From NCBI GenBank assembly GCA_965197585.1, contig OZ240215.1, forward strand, positions 928,001-992,000: a stretch of 64,000 nt of DNA. Direction: 5' to 3'. The notes under the pieces were generated by a model. That model had not been told where the DNA came from and did not search any database. It saw only the letters and a program-made list of their open reading frames with translations. A program made the position numbers and the translations under genes. The stretch is from Dehalococcoidia bacterium (lineage in GTDB: Bacteria > Chloroflexota > Dehalococcoidia > Plut-88900). Each line of letters begins with the position of its first letter. The stretch's first letter is position 1. Positions 39,257 to 50,999 of this stretch are shown in pieces.

Positions 39257-39348
39257 ATTGAGTCCCCGCCGATAAGGTATTAGAATAAGCTGGGTTTGCT
39301 GCCCGCAGACCGAGCGATGAGACCCTAAAGCTTGGAGGCCTGCCTCGT

Positions 39349-39600
39349 ATGACCTACATAATCGCCGAGCCCTGCATCGGAGTCAAAGACCTGGCCTGCG
39401 TTGAGGTCTGCCCAGTCGACTGTATCCACCCCTCCGACGGTGAAGGGTACGATATGCTGTTCATCGACCCCGACGAGTGCATCGACTGCGCAGCGTGCGA
39501 ACCCGTGTGCCCGGTGACCGCCATCTTCGAAGAGTCCGAGGTGCCGGAGTACTGGGCCCAGTACTACGACATCAACATCAACTTCTTCAAAAGCGACTAG
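39349..39600 (+). CDS. 7Fe-type ferredoxin
   Basis: [17 protein letters not shown] and [12 protein letters not shown] cluster motifs. Confidence 0.92.
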   Translation: MTYIIAEPCIGVKDLACVEVCPVDCIHPSDGEGYDMLFIDPDECIDCAACEPVCPVTAIFEESEVPEYWAQYYDININFFKSD

Positions 39601-39616
39601 CCCGGCCTTACGCCGG

Positions 39617-40021
39617 TCAATCGCGCCCGCGTCCTTTTGTGAGCGCTTGCGCGGCGTTGGCGTCGGGCTTACCCCACGCAATGATCAGCTTGAGGGGCGA
39701 ATCGGAGTTGTTGCGCATGCCGTGGTCTATGCCCTCGGGCACCAGAACGGCCTCGCCAGCCTGCACTTCCAGGGTCTCATCCCCGAACCACATCTCGCCG
39801 CGGCCTTCGAGGAAGTAGTAGAGCTCTTCTAGGGAATTTTCGCCTTCGTGAGTGTGGGCACCTTCACTGACTCCCGGGGCCAGCTCCCATAGCTGAAACT
39901 TGACCGGCAGGCGGGAGATCTCGTCGAAGAAGCCGCGCATGTCGATGTTACCGTCGCCGTGGTGGACCGGCCGAGAGATGATGCCGGTCGAGTCTTTCTC
40001 TTTCCAATAATTGGGAGCCAT
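39617..40021 (-). CDS. Cupin domain protein
   Basis: GAHTHEG...EELYYFLEGRG, P.G.DHGMRN. Confidence 0.88.
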   Translation of the reverse strand: MAPNYWKEKDSTGIISRPVHHGDGNIDMRGFFDEISRLPVKFQLWELAPGVSEGAHTHEGENSLEELYYFLEGRGEMWFGDETLEVQAGEAVLVPEGIDHGMRNNSDSPLKLIIAWGKPDANAAQALTKGRGRD

Positions 40022-40049
40022 GCTGCCCTCCTTGGATGGGTATCGGGGT

Positions 40050-41135
40050 TTAGGCTTGAATCAGCCACTCGTCGTACGGGTCTCCAGCGGATAGCATAGC
40101 AGTCATTTTGACGTCCATGCCGAACTGTAATTCGTGTGCCAAGAGCCGCCAGCCCTGGAGCATTGCGTCTTCCATCTCCGGGGGCCGAGGGTTTGAAGGA
40201 GGGAAGAGGCGGGGATTTCGCTTGTGCTGGCGGACCTTAATCAGGGTGTCGCTGACGGTTTCAATATCGACTTCTTCGTGAAGGGACTCGCGGTCCCGCT
40301 TGATGAAAAGGGCAAAGGCCTGAGGGGCGGAGTCCACATCTTCCAAGTTGTAGTCCCGCATTATCTTGCGGGCTAGCTGGACATGGGTGACCCGGCTGGC
40401 GTGCTCTACAATCGCTCGGGCCCCGCTAACTCCGTACATTTCCAGAAGGGCGATGATGTGACTGGTGACATATTCCACGGAGTAGTTCCGAAGGGCGCGG
40501 GCAGAGCGTTCCTCCGTCCAGTCTTCCACCGGAAGCTTCGGTCCATTTGCCGGATCGAAGGCGGGACCGCGCTCGGTGGGGCTGAACTGGAGCCGTTCAT
40601 CGGGTTCGAGGTCCCGGTCGAAGATCTTGAAGTATCCCTCGTAGCAGGAATCGCCCTGCTGGGAGGGCTGGGTGAGGACGAACCCGAGCCTCGGGTTGCC
40701 CAGGGAAACGCCATTGTGAGCGTGCCACGCCCAGAAAGTTGCGCGCCCTGTCTTGGGAGCGTAGGCGGCAATGCTGACTGCGGGGGAGAAGGGGCTGTCC
40801 GACATGGCGTAAGGAGGCGGGTAGCGGACCCAGACCTTCTCGGGGGTCTCCTCTATGTAATGGACGTCAAGGCCGCCCAGGATGTTGGAGAAATAGTGGT
40901 ATTTCCCGGCCTTCACGGCGTCGGAGGGTTCCTTATCCAGGCCAAGCTTTTGGAGGCCGGGGAGGAAATAGTTGAGCTGGTGACGTCTCAGCATCTTAAA
41001 CTTCAGGGTAGCGACGGCGTCCTGGCCATGAGCGCGGATTGTGGCCAGCTCCAGAGCGGAACATATGGTCATGTACGTATCGTTGGCGAGTTGGCACTTG
41101 CCCATGAGGGACTTGTTCCATTCGGGGACGTGCAT
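40050..41135 (-). CDS. Conserved hypothetical protein (tandem paralog 1)
   Basis: 361 aa with motifs YHYFSN.LGG, WVRYPPP, WHAHNGVSLGNPRLGFV; conservation with 41169-42254 supports coding. Confidence 0.85.
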   Translation of the reverse strand: MHVPEWNKSLMGKCQLANDTYMTICSALELATIRAHGQDAVATLKFKMLRRHQLNYFLPGLQKLGLDKEPSDAVKAGKYHYFSNILGGLDVHYIEETPEKVWVRYPPPYAMSDSPFSPAVSIAAYAPKTGRATFWAWHAHNGVSLGNPRLGFVLTQPSQQGDSCYEGYFKIFDRDLEPDERLQFSPTERGPAFDPANGPKLPVEDWTEERSARALRNYSVEYVTSHIIALLEMYGVSGARAIVEHASRVTHVQLARKIMRDYNLEDVDSAPQAFALFIKRDRESLHEEVDIETVSDTLIKVRQHKRNPRLFPPSNPRPPEMEDAMLQGWRLLAHELQFGMDVKMTAMLSAGDPYDEWLIQA

Positions 41136-41168
41136 AGTTGACCTCTCTTCAGATTGGGAGTTGAGGGT

Positions 41169-42254
41169 CTAGGCGCGAATCAGCCATTCGTTGTACGGGT
41201 CTCCTGCGGCGAGCATGGACATCATCTTGACGTCGAGGCCGAACTGAAGCTCGTGGGCCATGAGCCGCCAGCCCTGGGGCATAGCGTCTTCGATTTCAGC
41301 GGGCCAGGGTATGGAGGGTGGGAATAGGCGGGGGTTTCGGGTCTTCTGGCGGACCTTTATCAAGGTGTCGCTGACGGTTTCAATCTCCACTTCTTCGTCA
41401 AGCGACTCCCGGTCCCGCTTGATGAAGAGGGCAAGGGCTTCGGCGCCGGAGTCGGCGTCATCCAAGTTCATGTCCCGCATGAGCTTCCGGGACAGCTGTA
41501 CATAGGTAACCCGGCTAGCGTGTTCGACGATGGCGCGGGCCCCGCTTACCCCGTACATTTCCAGAAGGGCAGTCACGTGGCTGGTAACGTATTCGACGGC
41601 GTAGTTACGAAGAGCGCGGGCGGCGCGGACCTCGGTCCAGTCTTCAACGGGGAGCATGGGGGCGGTGGTCGGGTCGAAGGCAGGGCCTCGCTCGCCGGGG
41701 CTGAACTGGAGACGCTCTTCGGGTTCAAGGTCACGGTCGAAAATCTTGAAATATCCCTCGTGGCAGGCGTCTCCCTGCTGGGCGACCTGGGTGAGAACGA
41801 ACCCGAGCCTGGGGTTGCCCAGAGATACGCCGTTGTGGGCGTGCCATGCCCAGAAGGTGTAGTGCCCGACCTTGGGCCCAAACGCGGCGATGCCGACGGT
41901 CGGGGAGAAAGGGCTGTCGGACATGGCGTAGGGCGGCGGGTATCGGACCCAGGCCTTCTCGGGGGTCTCCTCGATGTAGTGCACGTCCAAGCCGCCGAGG
42001 ATGTTGGAGAAGTAGTGGTACTTCCCGGACTTCACCGCGTCGGAAGGGTCTTTGTCGATGCCGAGCTTTCGGAGGCCGGGGAGGAAATGGTCGAGCTGGT
42101 GCCGGCGGAGCATTTTGAACATAAGGGTTGCGGCGGCGTCCTGGCCATGGGAGCGCAGGGTGGAGAGCTCCAGGGCGTTGCATATAGACAGGTAGGTGTC
42201 GTTGGCGATCTGGCACTTTTCGATGAGGGACTTGTTCCATTCGGGGACTTGCAT
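41169..42254 (-). CDS. Conserved hypothetical protein (tandem paralog 2)
   Basis: 361 aa, collinear with 40050-41135, many third-position differences. Confidence 0.85.
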   Translation of the reverse strand: MQVPEWNKSLIEKCQIANDTYLSICNALELSTLRSHGQDAAATLMFKMLRRHQLDHFLPGLRKLGIDKDPSDAVKSGKYHYFSNILGGLDVHYIEETPEKAWVRYPPPYAMSDSPFSPTVGIAAFGPKVGHYTFWAWHAHNGVSLGNPRLGFVLTQVAQQGDACHEGYFKIFDRDLEPEERLQFSPGERGPAFDPTTAPMLPVEDWTEVRAARALRNYAVEYVTSHVTALLEMYGVSGARAIVEHASRVTYVQLSRKLMRDMNLDDADSGAEALALFIKRDRESLDEEVEIETVSDTLIKVRQKTRNPRLFPPSIPWPAEIEDAMPQGWRLMAHELQFGLDVKMMSMLAAGDPYNEWLIRA

Positions 42255-42466
42255 GGGTCACCTGCTTTGGGGTGGGGTGTGGGGGGGATGTTACAACATT
42301 TTTTGGAGGGGTGGGGGGTATCGGTTTGGCTGTCCGGGGGTCTCCTCCCGTTTGACGCTTCGAGAGCCTCACGCCTGAGACGGATCTGCGACAGGATGAG
42401 CGGCCCCGCACCTGGATTCGGGTGAGGAGTGTGAGGGTATGGCTGTCGGGGACCGCCCCCGCTCGA

Positions 42467-42496
42467 CCCTTCGAGTGCCTCAGGGTGAGCGGCCCC
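42467..42496 (+). repeat. REP-like family 4 (CTTCGA..CTCAGG..GAGCGGCCCC), intact copy
   Basis: CCCTTCGAGTGCCTCAGGGTGAGCGGCCCC; relatives at 33931-33960, 37342-37380 and 42358-42407 (last two carry a 22-nt insert). Confidence 0.7.
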
Positions 42497-42541
42497 GCAC
42501 CCGGATTCCGGATGGAGGAGGAATGGACGGAGAGGCGGGGA

Positions 42542-44938
42542 TTAGGGCCGGAAACCGCGGAGGCGGAGAGCGTTGGTTAGGACCGATAGTGAACTGGCGG
42601 CCATGGCGAGGGCGGCGATGCCGGGGTTCAGCTGTAGCCCTATGAAGGGGAAGAGGACTCCGGCGGCTATGGGGATGCCGGCGGTGTTGTAGACGAATGC
42701 GAAGAAGAGGTTCTGCTTGATGTTTCGCATGGTGGCGGCGCTCAGCTTGATGGCCGTGACTACTTCCCCGAGCCGCGTGCCCATAAGGGTCACGTCAGCG
42801 GCCTCGATGGCGATGTCGGTGCCGGCGTCTATGGCTATGCCCACGTTGGCCTGGGCGAGGGCCGGGGCGTCGTTGATTCCGTCCCCGACCATGGCGACGG
42901 TCCTGCCCTGAGACTGGAGCTTCTTTATCTGATTCACCTTGTCCTGGGGCATAACCTCGGCGAGGACGGAGTCTATTCCGACCTGGTTGGCTATGGCCTG
43001 GGCGGCGTAGCGGTTGTCGCCGGTGATCATCACAGTGCGTATTCCCATGCGCTTGATTTCGCTTACGGCGTGGGCTGCATCTTCCTTCAAGGTGTCTGCC
43101 ACGGCTATTACCGCTGTGGGCATGCCGTCGATGGATGCGAACATGGGGGTCTTTCCGTCTTTGGCGAGGGCCTCGAATTGGGCTTCAAGGGCATCAAGTG
43201 GGATGCCCAGGTCCTGCATCAACGCTCGGTTCCCGACGGCGACGACGTGCCCATCCACCAGCGCACGTATCCCTTGGCCCGGCTTCATTTCGAAGTCCGA
43301 GGGCTCGGAGAGGGTGAGCCCGCGGCCTATGGCGGCGGAAGTAATGGCACGGGCCACGGGGTGTTCGGAGGAGCGTTCGGCGGAGGCGGCCAGGGCAAGG
43401 ACCTGATCAGACGTGAAATCAGAGATGGTATAGACGTCGGTGAGAGAGGGTTGGCCGAGGGTTAGGGTGCCGGTCTTATCGAAGACTATGGTATCGACGC
43501 TGTGGGCGGTCTCCAGGGCCTCGGCGGAGCGTATGAGAACGCCGAACTCGGCGCCTTTTCCCGTGCCCACCATGATGGACGTGGGCGTCGCCAGGCCGAG
43601 GGCGCAGGGGCAGGCGATGATGAGGACTGCGACGGCGGCGGCCAGGCTGCGGTTGAACTCTGAGTTCTCGGGGGCGAGGGTCCAGGCTGCGAAGGTAGCC
43701 AGGGCGACAAGCATTACGACAGGCACGAAATAACCGGCGACCACATCTACGAGGCGCTGAATCGAGGCTCGGGAGCCCTGGGCGTCACGGACCATGAGGG
43801 CAATCTTGCCAAGCAGCGTCTCCTCGCCGACCCGAGTGGCCTCCATCTTGAAAGCGCCTATGGTGTTGAGCGTAGCGCCAGTCACACGGTCACCGGGGCC
43901 CTTGTCGACGGGAATGCTTTCGCCGGTCACCATCGACTCGTCGATTGAGGTTGATCCGGAGACAATCAGGCCATCGACAGGCACCTTTTCGCTGGGTCGG
44001 ACAAGGAGGTGGTCGGCGACCCGGACCTCGGCGATGGGCACTTCCATCTCTTCGCCGTTTCTTATTACCCTCGCCGTACGGGCCTGGAGGCCAACAAGCT
44101 TGCGGATGGCCTCGGAGGTCTTGGCTTTGGCTCGGGCCTCCAGGAGCCGACCAAGGAGGATGAGGGAGACGATTATGGCCGCAGTGTCGAAATAGACTTT
44201 GCCTGAGGCCGAGTCGGGGAGGAGGTTTTCTGCAAAGGTCGCCACCGCACTGAAGAGGAAGGCTGAAAGAGTCCCGGCTGCGATCAAGGTGTTCATGTCG
44301 GCCATGCGGCGTCGGGCAGTCTTCCAAGCTGAGGCTAGGAACTGCCACCCTACCCAGAACTGGACGGGCACGGCGACCCCGAACTGGAAATAGTGGTTGG
44401 CAAGGAACCCGGGTTCCCATCTGAACAGATCGCCGCTGCTTCCGATGAACAGAATGACCGCAAATGGGGCCCCGACTGCGAATTTCAGCATCAGCAGGCG
44501 GAGAGCTCGGACGCGGGCGCGCTCATCGGATTCCTGGGCCTCTTCTATTCCACCTGCAACCCGTGCGCCGTAACCGATGCCCTTTATTGTGGAGATCATC
44601 TCGGCGGGGGTGACGTGTCGGGGGTCGAAGGAGATGGTGGCCTGCTCGGCGGCGAGGTTGACGTTGGCTTCGGAAATGCCGGGGACGGCTCGGAGGGTGC
44701 GGTCGATGGCCATGACGCAGGAGGCGCAGGTCATGCCGGAAATGGAAAGGCGGGTCAGGTCAAGGGCAGCGGGCGGGTAGTCCTCACCCGTCTCGTTTGA
44801 CCCATCGACACGTTCGAGATGGGCCGTATTCGGACTCAGGCCTGTAGCAGGTGCGGGAGCCCTCTTGCCGAGGAAAAACCACAAAAGCACAGCCCCGAGA
44901 GCCAGCGCTCCGAGGGACAATGTGAGATCGAGAGCCAT
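42542..44938 (-). CDS. copA: Cu(I)-translocating P1B-type ATPase
   Basis: HMA GMTCASC, TGES, CPC, DKTGT, SEHP, GDGIND, YN...MAASS. Confidence 0.93.
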   Translation of the reverse strand: MALDLTLSLGALALGAVLLWFFLGKRAPAPATGLSPNTAHLERVDGSNETGEDYPPAALDLTRLSISGMTCASCVMAIDRTLRAVPGISEANVNLAAEQATISFDPRHVTPAEMISTIKGIGYGARVAGGIEEAQESDERARVRALRLLMLKFAVGAPFAVILFIGSSGDLFRWEPGFLANHYFQFGVAVPVQFWVGWQFLASAWKTARRRMADMNTLIAAGTLSAFLFSAVATFAENLLPDSASGKVYFDTAAIIVSLILLGRLLEARAKAKTSEAIRKLVGLQARTARVIRNGEEMEVPIAEVRVADHLLVRPSEKVPVDGLIVSGSTSIDESMVTGESIPVDKGPGDRVTGATLNTIGAFKMEATRVGEETLLGKIALMVRDAQGSRASIQRLVDVVAGYFVPVVMLVALATFAAWTLAPENSEFNRSLAAAVAVLIIACPCALGLATPTSIMVGTGKGAEFGVLIRSAEALETAHSVDTIVFDKTGTLTLGQPSLTDVYTISDFTSDQVLALAASAERSSEHPVARAITSAAIGRGLTLSEPSDFEMKPGQGIRALVDGHVVAVGNRALMQDLGIPLDALEAQFEALAKDGKTPMFASIDGMPTAVIAVADTLKEDAAHAVSEIKRMGIRTVMITGDNRYAAQAIANQVGIDSVLAEVMPQDKVNQIKKLQSQGRTVAMVGDGINDAPALAQANVGIAIDAGTDIAIEAADVTLMGTRLGEVVTAIKLSAATMRNIKQNLFFAFVYNTAGIPIAAGVLFPFIGLQLNPGIAALAMAASSLSVLTNALRLRGFRP

Positions 44939-44953
44939 TGCTGGGCCCGAGCC

Positions 44954-45157
44954 CTACATCTCTATGGCGGGCTTTTCGGAGCCGATGTGCTTAGCGGGGT
45001 CTTCTTCGAAGAAGAGCTTGCAGCCGGGAGCGCAGAAGTAGTAGGTCGTACCTTCGTACTCGCTGGTGGCCCTCGCCTTGGACACGTCCACCATCATGTG
45101 GCAGACCGGGTCCTGGGCCAGCTCGGGTTTCTTCTTGAAGATGGAAAGAATGCTCAT
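44954..45157 (-). CDS. YHS domain protein (putative copper chaperone)
   Basis: DPVCHMMV...YEGTTYYFCAPGCK. Confidence 0.88.
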   Translation of the reverse strand: MSILSIFKKKPELAQDPVCHMMVDVSKARATSEYEGTTYYFCAPGCKLFFEEDPAKHIGSEKPAIEM

Positions 45158-45181
45158 TGTGGTGACTCCAATGGGTCCGGG

Positions 45182-45448
45182 TTAGTTGTCGGCCAGCTTG
45201 TATAGTTCCTTTAGCTCTTCGACTATCTGTTCCTGGCGGCCCTGCTGAATGCCGGGGATTACGCAAGTCTCCATGTGACTGCCGAGCATGAGCTGCTCCA
45301 GCTTTTCGATGGCCTTTCTGACGGCGTAGGTCTGCTTGAGGATGTCGACGCAGTACTTGTCCTCCTGGACCATGCGGCGTATGCCGTCGAGATGTCCGTC
45401 GATGTAGCTGAGGCGGCGGAGGCTGGCTTCTTTGGCGTCGGGTTTCAT
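45182..45448 (-). CDS. csoR: Copper-sensing repressor, CsoR family
   Basis: RLSYIDGHLDGIRRMV..DKYCVDIL.Q...HMETC (Cys-His-Cys ligands); AAGAGG RBS before ATG 45448. Confidence 0.9.
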   Translation of the reverse strand: MKPDAKEASLRRLSYIDGHLDGIRRMVQEDKYCVDILKQTYAVRKAIEKLEQLMLGSHMETCVIPGIQQGRQEQIVEELKELYKLADN

Positions 45449-45461
45449 GTGAGACCTCTTG

Positions 45462-45488
45462 TATCCCATACCCCCTGGGTGGGGGTTT
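45462..45488. promoter_or_regulatory. Candidate CsoR operator
   Basis: ATACCCCC-TGGGT-GGGGGT C/G-tract pseudo-palindrome directly upstream of csoR. Confidence 0.6.
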
Positions 45489-45563
45489 CACGTGTATTTT
45501 AGATGAAAGTGGGCGTGGGGGGAAGGGGATAACTGGGAATAGAGGGATGTGAGTGGGCAAGTC

Positions 45564-46700
<1,137 letters not shown>

Positions 46701-46722
46701 ATCCCTCGCGGAGCCTCGGAAT

Positions 46723-47778
46723 TGTAAGTGTTAGGTAATTCGTTGACAGATTGGTATTCAATGGGTAAACCAATCTGGGGGCGAAGATGCGAGACAACAG
46801 CAAGGACCTCACCCTTGAACGTAACTACATTCAGAAGTGGCGGTTCCTCATCCATGAGTATCAACTGGTCAAGGCAGGGAAGCATCCCCGTTTCCGCTTC
46901 GCCCAGGACTTCTACTCCTTCCACGGCACTAGCCGTCAGACCTTCGCCAAGTACTACAACCGGTTCCTCCTCTCCCCCTCCGACAACGCCTTCCTCCCCC
47001 GTAAGCGGGGCCCCAGGTGGAAGTCCCGCCGCACCCTGCCCTACATTGAGCAGAAGGTCATCAACGAGCGCCTTAACGGTACCAACCGTTACGAGGTCTA
47101 TGCCATACTCAAACCCATCCTTAAACACAACACCCCTAAGCCCTCCACCATCTACGCCATCACCAGACGCCACGGTTTCAATAGGCTCACAAAGCCGATG
47201 CAGCAATCGAAGCGCAAGATCATCAAGACCCGGGCAGGAGAGCTGGGCCACCTGGACAGCCACTACCTCAGCCGGGATACCATCGTGGGCATCAAGCACC
47301 GCTACTACCTGGTGGGCCTCATCGACGCCTACACCCGTCTGGCCTGGGCCGAAGTGGTCGGAGACATCAAGAGTCTCTCCGTTATGTTTGCTACTCTGAA
47401 GTCCATCAACTTCCTCAATGTGGAGTACGGCATCCAATTCGAGGCCATCCTCACCGACAACGGCCCCGAGATGGCCTCCCCAAGGAACACCGAGGGCCAC
47501 CCCATGGAACGGATGCTCAATGAGCTGGGCATAAAGCACCGCTACACCCGCCCTTATAGGCCCCAGACCAACGGGAAGATAGAGCGGTTCTGGAGAACCT
47601 TGAACGAGGACCTGCTGGAGGGGACAACCTTCGAATCGGTCTCGGAACTGAAGGACGAGCTTCAGCAGTACCTGATCTACTACAATACTCAACGACCCCA
47701 CCAGGCAATGGATAGAAAGACCCCTTTGCAAACCCTTAAATCTCTCTACTGCTGTCAACGAATTACCTGACTTCTACA
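46723..47778 (+). mobile_element. IS481-family insertion sequence, copy B (1056 bp), with 5-bp target duplication GGAAT
   Basis: GGAAT|TGTAAGTGTTAGGTAATTCGTTGACAG...CTGTCAACGAATTACCTGACTTCTACA|GGAAT. Confidence 0.93.
46787..47770 (+). CDS. IS481-family DDE transposase
   Basis: About five substitutions relative to copy A, plus a short C-terminal extension into the IR. Confidence 0.92.
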   Translation: MRDNSKDLTLERNYIQKWRFLIHEYQLVKAGKHPRFRFAQDFYSFHGTSRQTFAKYYNRFLLSPSDNAFLPRKRGPRWKSRRTLPYIEQKVINERLNGTNRYEVYAILKPILKHNTPKPSTIYAITRRHGFNRLTKPMQQSKRKIIKTRAGELGHLDSHYLSRDTIVGIKHRYYLVGLIDAYTRLAWAEVVGDIKSLSVMFATLKSINFLNVEYGIQFEAILTDNGPEMASPRNTEGHPMERMLNELGIKHRYTRPYRPQTNGKIERFWRTLNEDLLEGTTFESVSELKDELQQYLIYYNTQRPHQAMDRKTPLQTLKSLYCCQRIT

Positions 47779-47825
47779 GGAATGACACGCAAAGTGGGGG
47801 AGGCAAAGGCGAACGCGGTTTGCGT

Positions 47826-48173
47826 TTACTCGGGAGAGAGGAGTGCGGCGACGGCGTCGGGGTCTGGGGTGAGGTAGGTGAAACCGGCCTTTTCTGCGTA
47901 CATGCGGTCCACGTGGGAATCTCCGACATGGATTGCTCGGTCGGAGGGGAAGCGGGCGAGGACCTCGGGAAGCTCGTATTTCAGGGACGTGAATTCTACT
48001 TCGATGCCGTGAGTGCGCCAGAGGTTGGCCTGGTCGGAGTGGGTGCGGTCTGAACAGCTGCCGATGACGTGGCCGAGGGCCTTGGCCTGCTTTACGAGGG
48101 CCAAGGTGATGGGTCCCGGCGGATCTCCGACTTCCAATGTGCCGTCCACGTCGAAGCTGATTAGGTATCTCAA
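47826..48173 (-). CDS. Small capless HAD-family hydrolase
   Basis: ISFDVDGTLE, GSCSDR, HVGDS..D...AEKAGF; start uncertain (TTG 48173). Confidence 0.75.
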   Translation of the reverse strand: MRYLISFDVDGTLEVGDPPGPITLALVKQAKALGHVIGSCSDRTHSDQANLWRTHGIEVEFTSLKYELPEVLARFPSDRAIHVGDSHVDRMYAEKAGFTYLTPDPDAVAALLSPE

Positions 48174-48304
48174 GGGAGGGTATGATACTACGGATGGGGC
48201 GGGGATGGATTCACGCCAAAGGCGCATCTTTGACCGGCTCGGGGGCCGGAATGACGTGATAACGGGACGGTGGGTAGGGGAACAATTTCAAAAGGGAGAA
48301 AAAT

Positions 48305-48673
48305 ATGTCGATTGTACGTTTGTACCAAGGAGAGGATGGCCGTTCGCACTTCGAGGATATCGAGCCGGAGCTTGAGCCGTTGGAGGGTGGGTGGCCACAG
48401 GATGCTCGGGCGGTTATACATGGTGGGATAGTGGTGCAGCGTTTTGACCCAGAGCGGTCTAACCCGTGGCACCACGCCCCGGGACAGGTTGCCGTATTCA
48501 CGCTGACCGGGTCGGTTGAGATAGAAGTTGGGAATGGCGATAAACGGGTGATAGGTCCGGGTGACGTTCTGATTGCCGAGGATGTAGCAGGGGAGGGACA
48601 CTACACGCGGGAGGTCGGGCCCGAGGCCCGGATTTCGATATTCGTGCCTTTGCGGGAACATCCTGAAGTTTGA
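48305..48673 (+). CDS. Cupin-fold protein
   Basis: GEDGRSHFED, WHHAP, EIEVGNG....GPGDVLIAED..GEGH. Confidence 0.8.
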   Translation: MSIVRLYQGEDGRSHFEDIEPELEPLEGGWPQDARAVIHGGIVVQRFDPERSNPWHHAPGQVAVFTLTGSVEIEVGNGDKRVIGPGDVLIAEDVAGEGHYTREVGPEARISIFVPLREHPEV

Positions 48674-48744
48674 CAGGTCGGCGGCATAAGGATATTTTTC
48701 GGGGAGCGAGGAGCCCGTAAGCAGGATGAGCCAGGAGGGATGCA

Positions 48745-49800
48745 ATGGCGAGGATGGACTTTGGGATCGGGCTGGGGGCAGAGCTGCGGTTTGATGAAAT
48801 CGCAGAGCATTCAAGAATCGCCGACGAGGCGGGATACAGCCACCTGACATTCGTCGACCAGAGCAACGTGTCGAGAGAATGCTTCGGTATGATGACCATC
48901 GCAGCGATGAACACTCGCCGAATCCACATAGGGCAGGGTGTGTGCGACCCGTTTATGTACCACCCGGCGGTCATCGCTAACTTCACGGCCAGCGTGCGGG
49001 AGCTTACCGGGGGAAGGGCGTTCATTGGTCTTGGGGCGGGGACGAGGCAGGCCGGCAAGGCGACTCGGGGGCCGGTTAGCCTGAAGATGCAACGAGAGAC
49101 GGTAAACTTTCTGAAGTCCTACACCTCAGGAGGAGATGCGGAGCTGTGGGGCCAGACGTGGCACTCCGAATGGATCAGGAACACGCCGTTCAACGGACAA
49201 TCGATACCCGTGATCATGGGTCCCCTCGGGCCACGAGCTTTGCAGCTTGCCGGCGAAGTTGCCGATGAAATCATGATGTTTGGAGCAGGGGAGCCGGAGT
49301 TAATCAAGTGGAACCTGGAGCAGATCGAGACGGGGGCCAACCGGGCGGGCCGGGACTTCTCGAAGATCAAGACATGGGCTCGTACAGAGGTTTACGTTAC
49401 AGGGTCCAAGGAGGAGGCGAGACACGAGGTAGCTTCTTATGCGGCATCTTGCGCGAGCGAGCTGTACAAAGTGATATTCAAACGCAACACACCCGAGGCC
49501 CAGGACTTGTACCAGAGGCTCGAGAAGAAGAGCCCCGGTCTGGTGGATGAATACAAAAAGATCCACGAGGGTTTCAACCCCTACGAGCACGAGTCCTTGC
49601 ATGCCGAACACAAATACCTGGCGACGCAGAGGGTGATCGACTCCATCAACCTGACGGGACGCGTGGAGGACATAGACGAGAGAGTTTACGACCTGCACGA
49701 GCTAGGGATCAGCGGAGTCTCATGCGTCCAATATGCAATCATCGACCAGAAGAACAATATGCGGGAGATTTCCAACAGCATCATGCCCCAGTTCAGATAG
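48745..49800 (+). CDS. LLM-class flavin/F420-dependent oxidoreductase (Mer-like)
   Basis: TRRIHIGQGV.DP...HPAV.A, GGRAFIGLGAG, GPRALQLAGEVAD. Confidence 0.88.
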   Translation: MARMDFGIGLGAELRFDEIAEHSRIADEAGYSHLTFVDQSNVSRECFGMMTIAAMNTRRIHIGQGVCDPFMYHPAVIANFTASVRELTGGRAFIGLGAGTRQAGKATRGPVSLKMQRETVNFLKSYTSGGDAELWGQTWHSEWIRNTPFNGQSIPVIMGPLGPRALQLAGEVADEIMMFGAGEPELIKWNLEQIETGANRAGRDFSKIKTWARTEVYVTGSKEEARHEVASYAASCASELYKVIFKRNTPEAQDLYQRLEKKSPGLVDEYKKIHEGFNPYEHESLHAEHKYLATQRVIDSINLTGRVEDIDERVYDLHELGISGVSCVQYAIIDQKNNMREISNSIMPQFR

Positions 49801-49935
49801 ACTCTCGCATGATTACAACCAGAATGGGCCTAATGCCGCTACGCTACGGCGCCTGGTAATGTCTGGGGACGCCGAGACAGGACGCAGAGCCCATTCACGT
49901 GGGGCCTACCAACAGGACGAAATAGGAGAAATGCA

Positions 49936-50991
49936 ATGGCGAGAATGGACTTCGGGATCGGGCTTGGGGCGGAGCTGCGGTTCGATGAGATCGCGGACCA
50001 TGCGAGGGTTGCCGACGAAGGTGGTTACACTCACCTGACGTTCGTCGATCAGAGCAACGTGTCGAGGGAATGCTTCGGCATGATGACCATCGCGGCGATG
50101 AACACGCGGCGGATCCACATCGGCCAGGGTGTGTGCGACCCGTTCATGTACCACCCGGCGGTCATCGCCAACTTCACTGCGAGCTTGCGGGAGCTTACCG
50201 GAGGCAGGGCGTTCATCGGTCTTGGGGCGGGGGCGAGGGAGGCGGGGAAGGCGACCCGGGGGCCGGTTAGCCTGAAGATGCAACGGGAGACCGTAAACTT
50301 CTTGAAGTCATACACCTCGGGAGGAGATGCCGAGTTGTGGGGCCAGACGTGGCACTCGGAGTGGATCAGGAACACGCCGTTCAACGGTCAGTCGATACCC
50401 GTGATCATGGGGCCTCTCGGGCCGAGAGCGATGCAGCTTGCCGGCGAGGTCGCAGACGAGATTCTTATGTTCGGGGCAGGGGAGCCGGAGATCATCAAGT
50501 GGAACCTGGAGCAGATTGAGACAGGGGCCAATCGGGCGGGTCGTGACCCTTCCAAGATCAAGACCTGGGCTCGGACAGAGGTGTACATCACCGGTTCCAA
50601 GGAGGAGGCGAAACATGAGGTCGCCTCCTATGCGTCGTCGTGTGCGAATGGACTCTACCGCTCGATTTTCAAACGCAACACACCCGAGGCCCAGGAACTG
50701 TACCGGCGGCTGGAGAAGAAGAGTCCGGGCCTGGTGGACGAATTCAAGAACATACACGAGAACTTCAACCCCTACGAGCACGAATCGCTGCATGCCAAGC
50801 ACAAGCTCCTAGCGTCACAGAGAGTGATCGACGCCATCAACTTGTCGGGGCCCGTGGAGGACATTGACGAGAAGATATACGACCTTCAAGAACTGGGCCT
50901 GAATGGGGTCTCCTGCGTCCAGTACGCGATCATCGACCAGAAGAGCAACATGCGGGAGATTTCCAACAGCATCATGCCCCAGTTCCGGTAG
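49936..50991 (+). CDS. LLM-class oxidoreductase (recent tandem duplicate)
   Basis: 351 aa, nearly identical to 48745-49800. Confidence 0.88.
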   Translation: MARMDFGIGLGAELRFDEIADHARVADEGGYTHLTFVDQSNVSRECFGMMTIAAMNTRRIHIGQGVCDPFMYHPAVIANFTASLRELTGGRAFIGLGAGAREAGKATRGPVSLKMQRETVNFLKSYTSGGDAELWGQTWHSEWIRNTPFNGQSIPVIMGPLGPRAMQLAGEVADEILMFGAGEPEIIKWNLEQIETGANRAGRDPSKIKTWARTEVYITGSKEEAKHEVASYASSCANGLYRSIFKRNTPEAQELYRRLEKKSPGLVDEFKNIHENFNPYEHESLHAKHKLLASQRVIDAINLSGPVEDIDEKIYDLQELGLNGVSCVQYAIIDQKSNMREISNSIMPQFR

Positions 50992-50999
50992 ATGCCATC

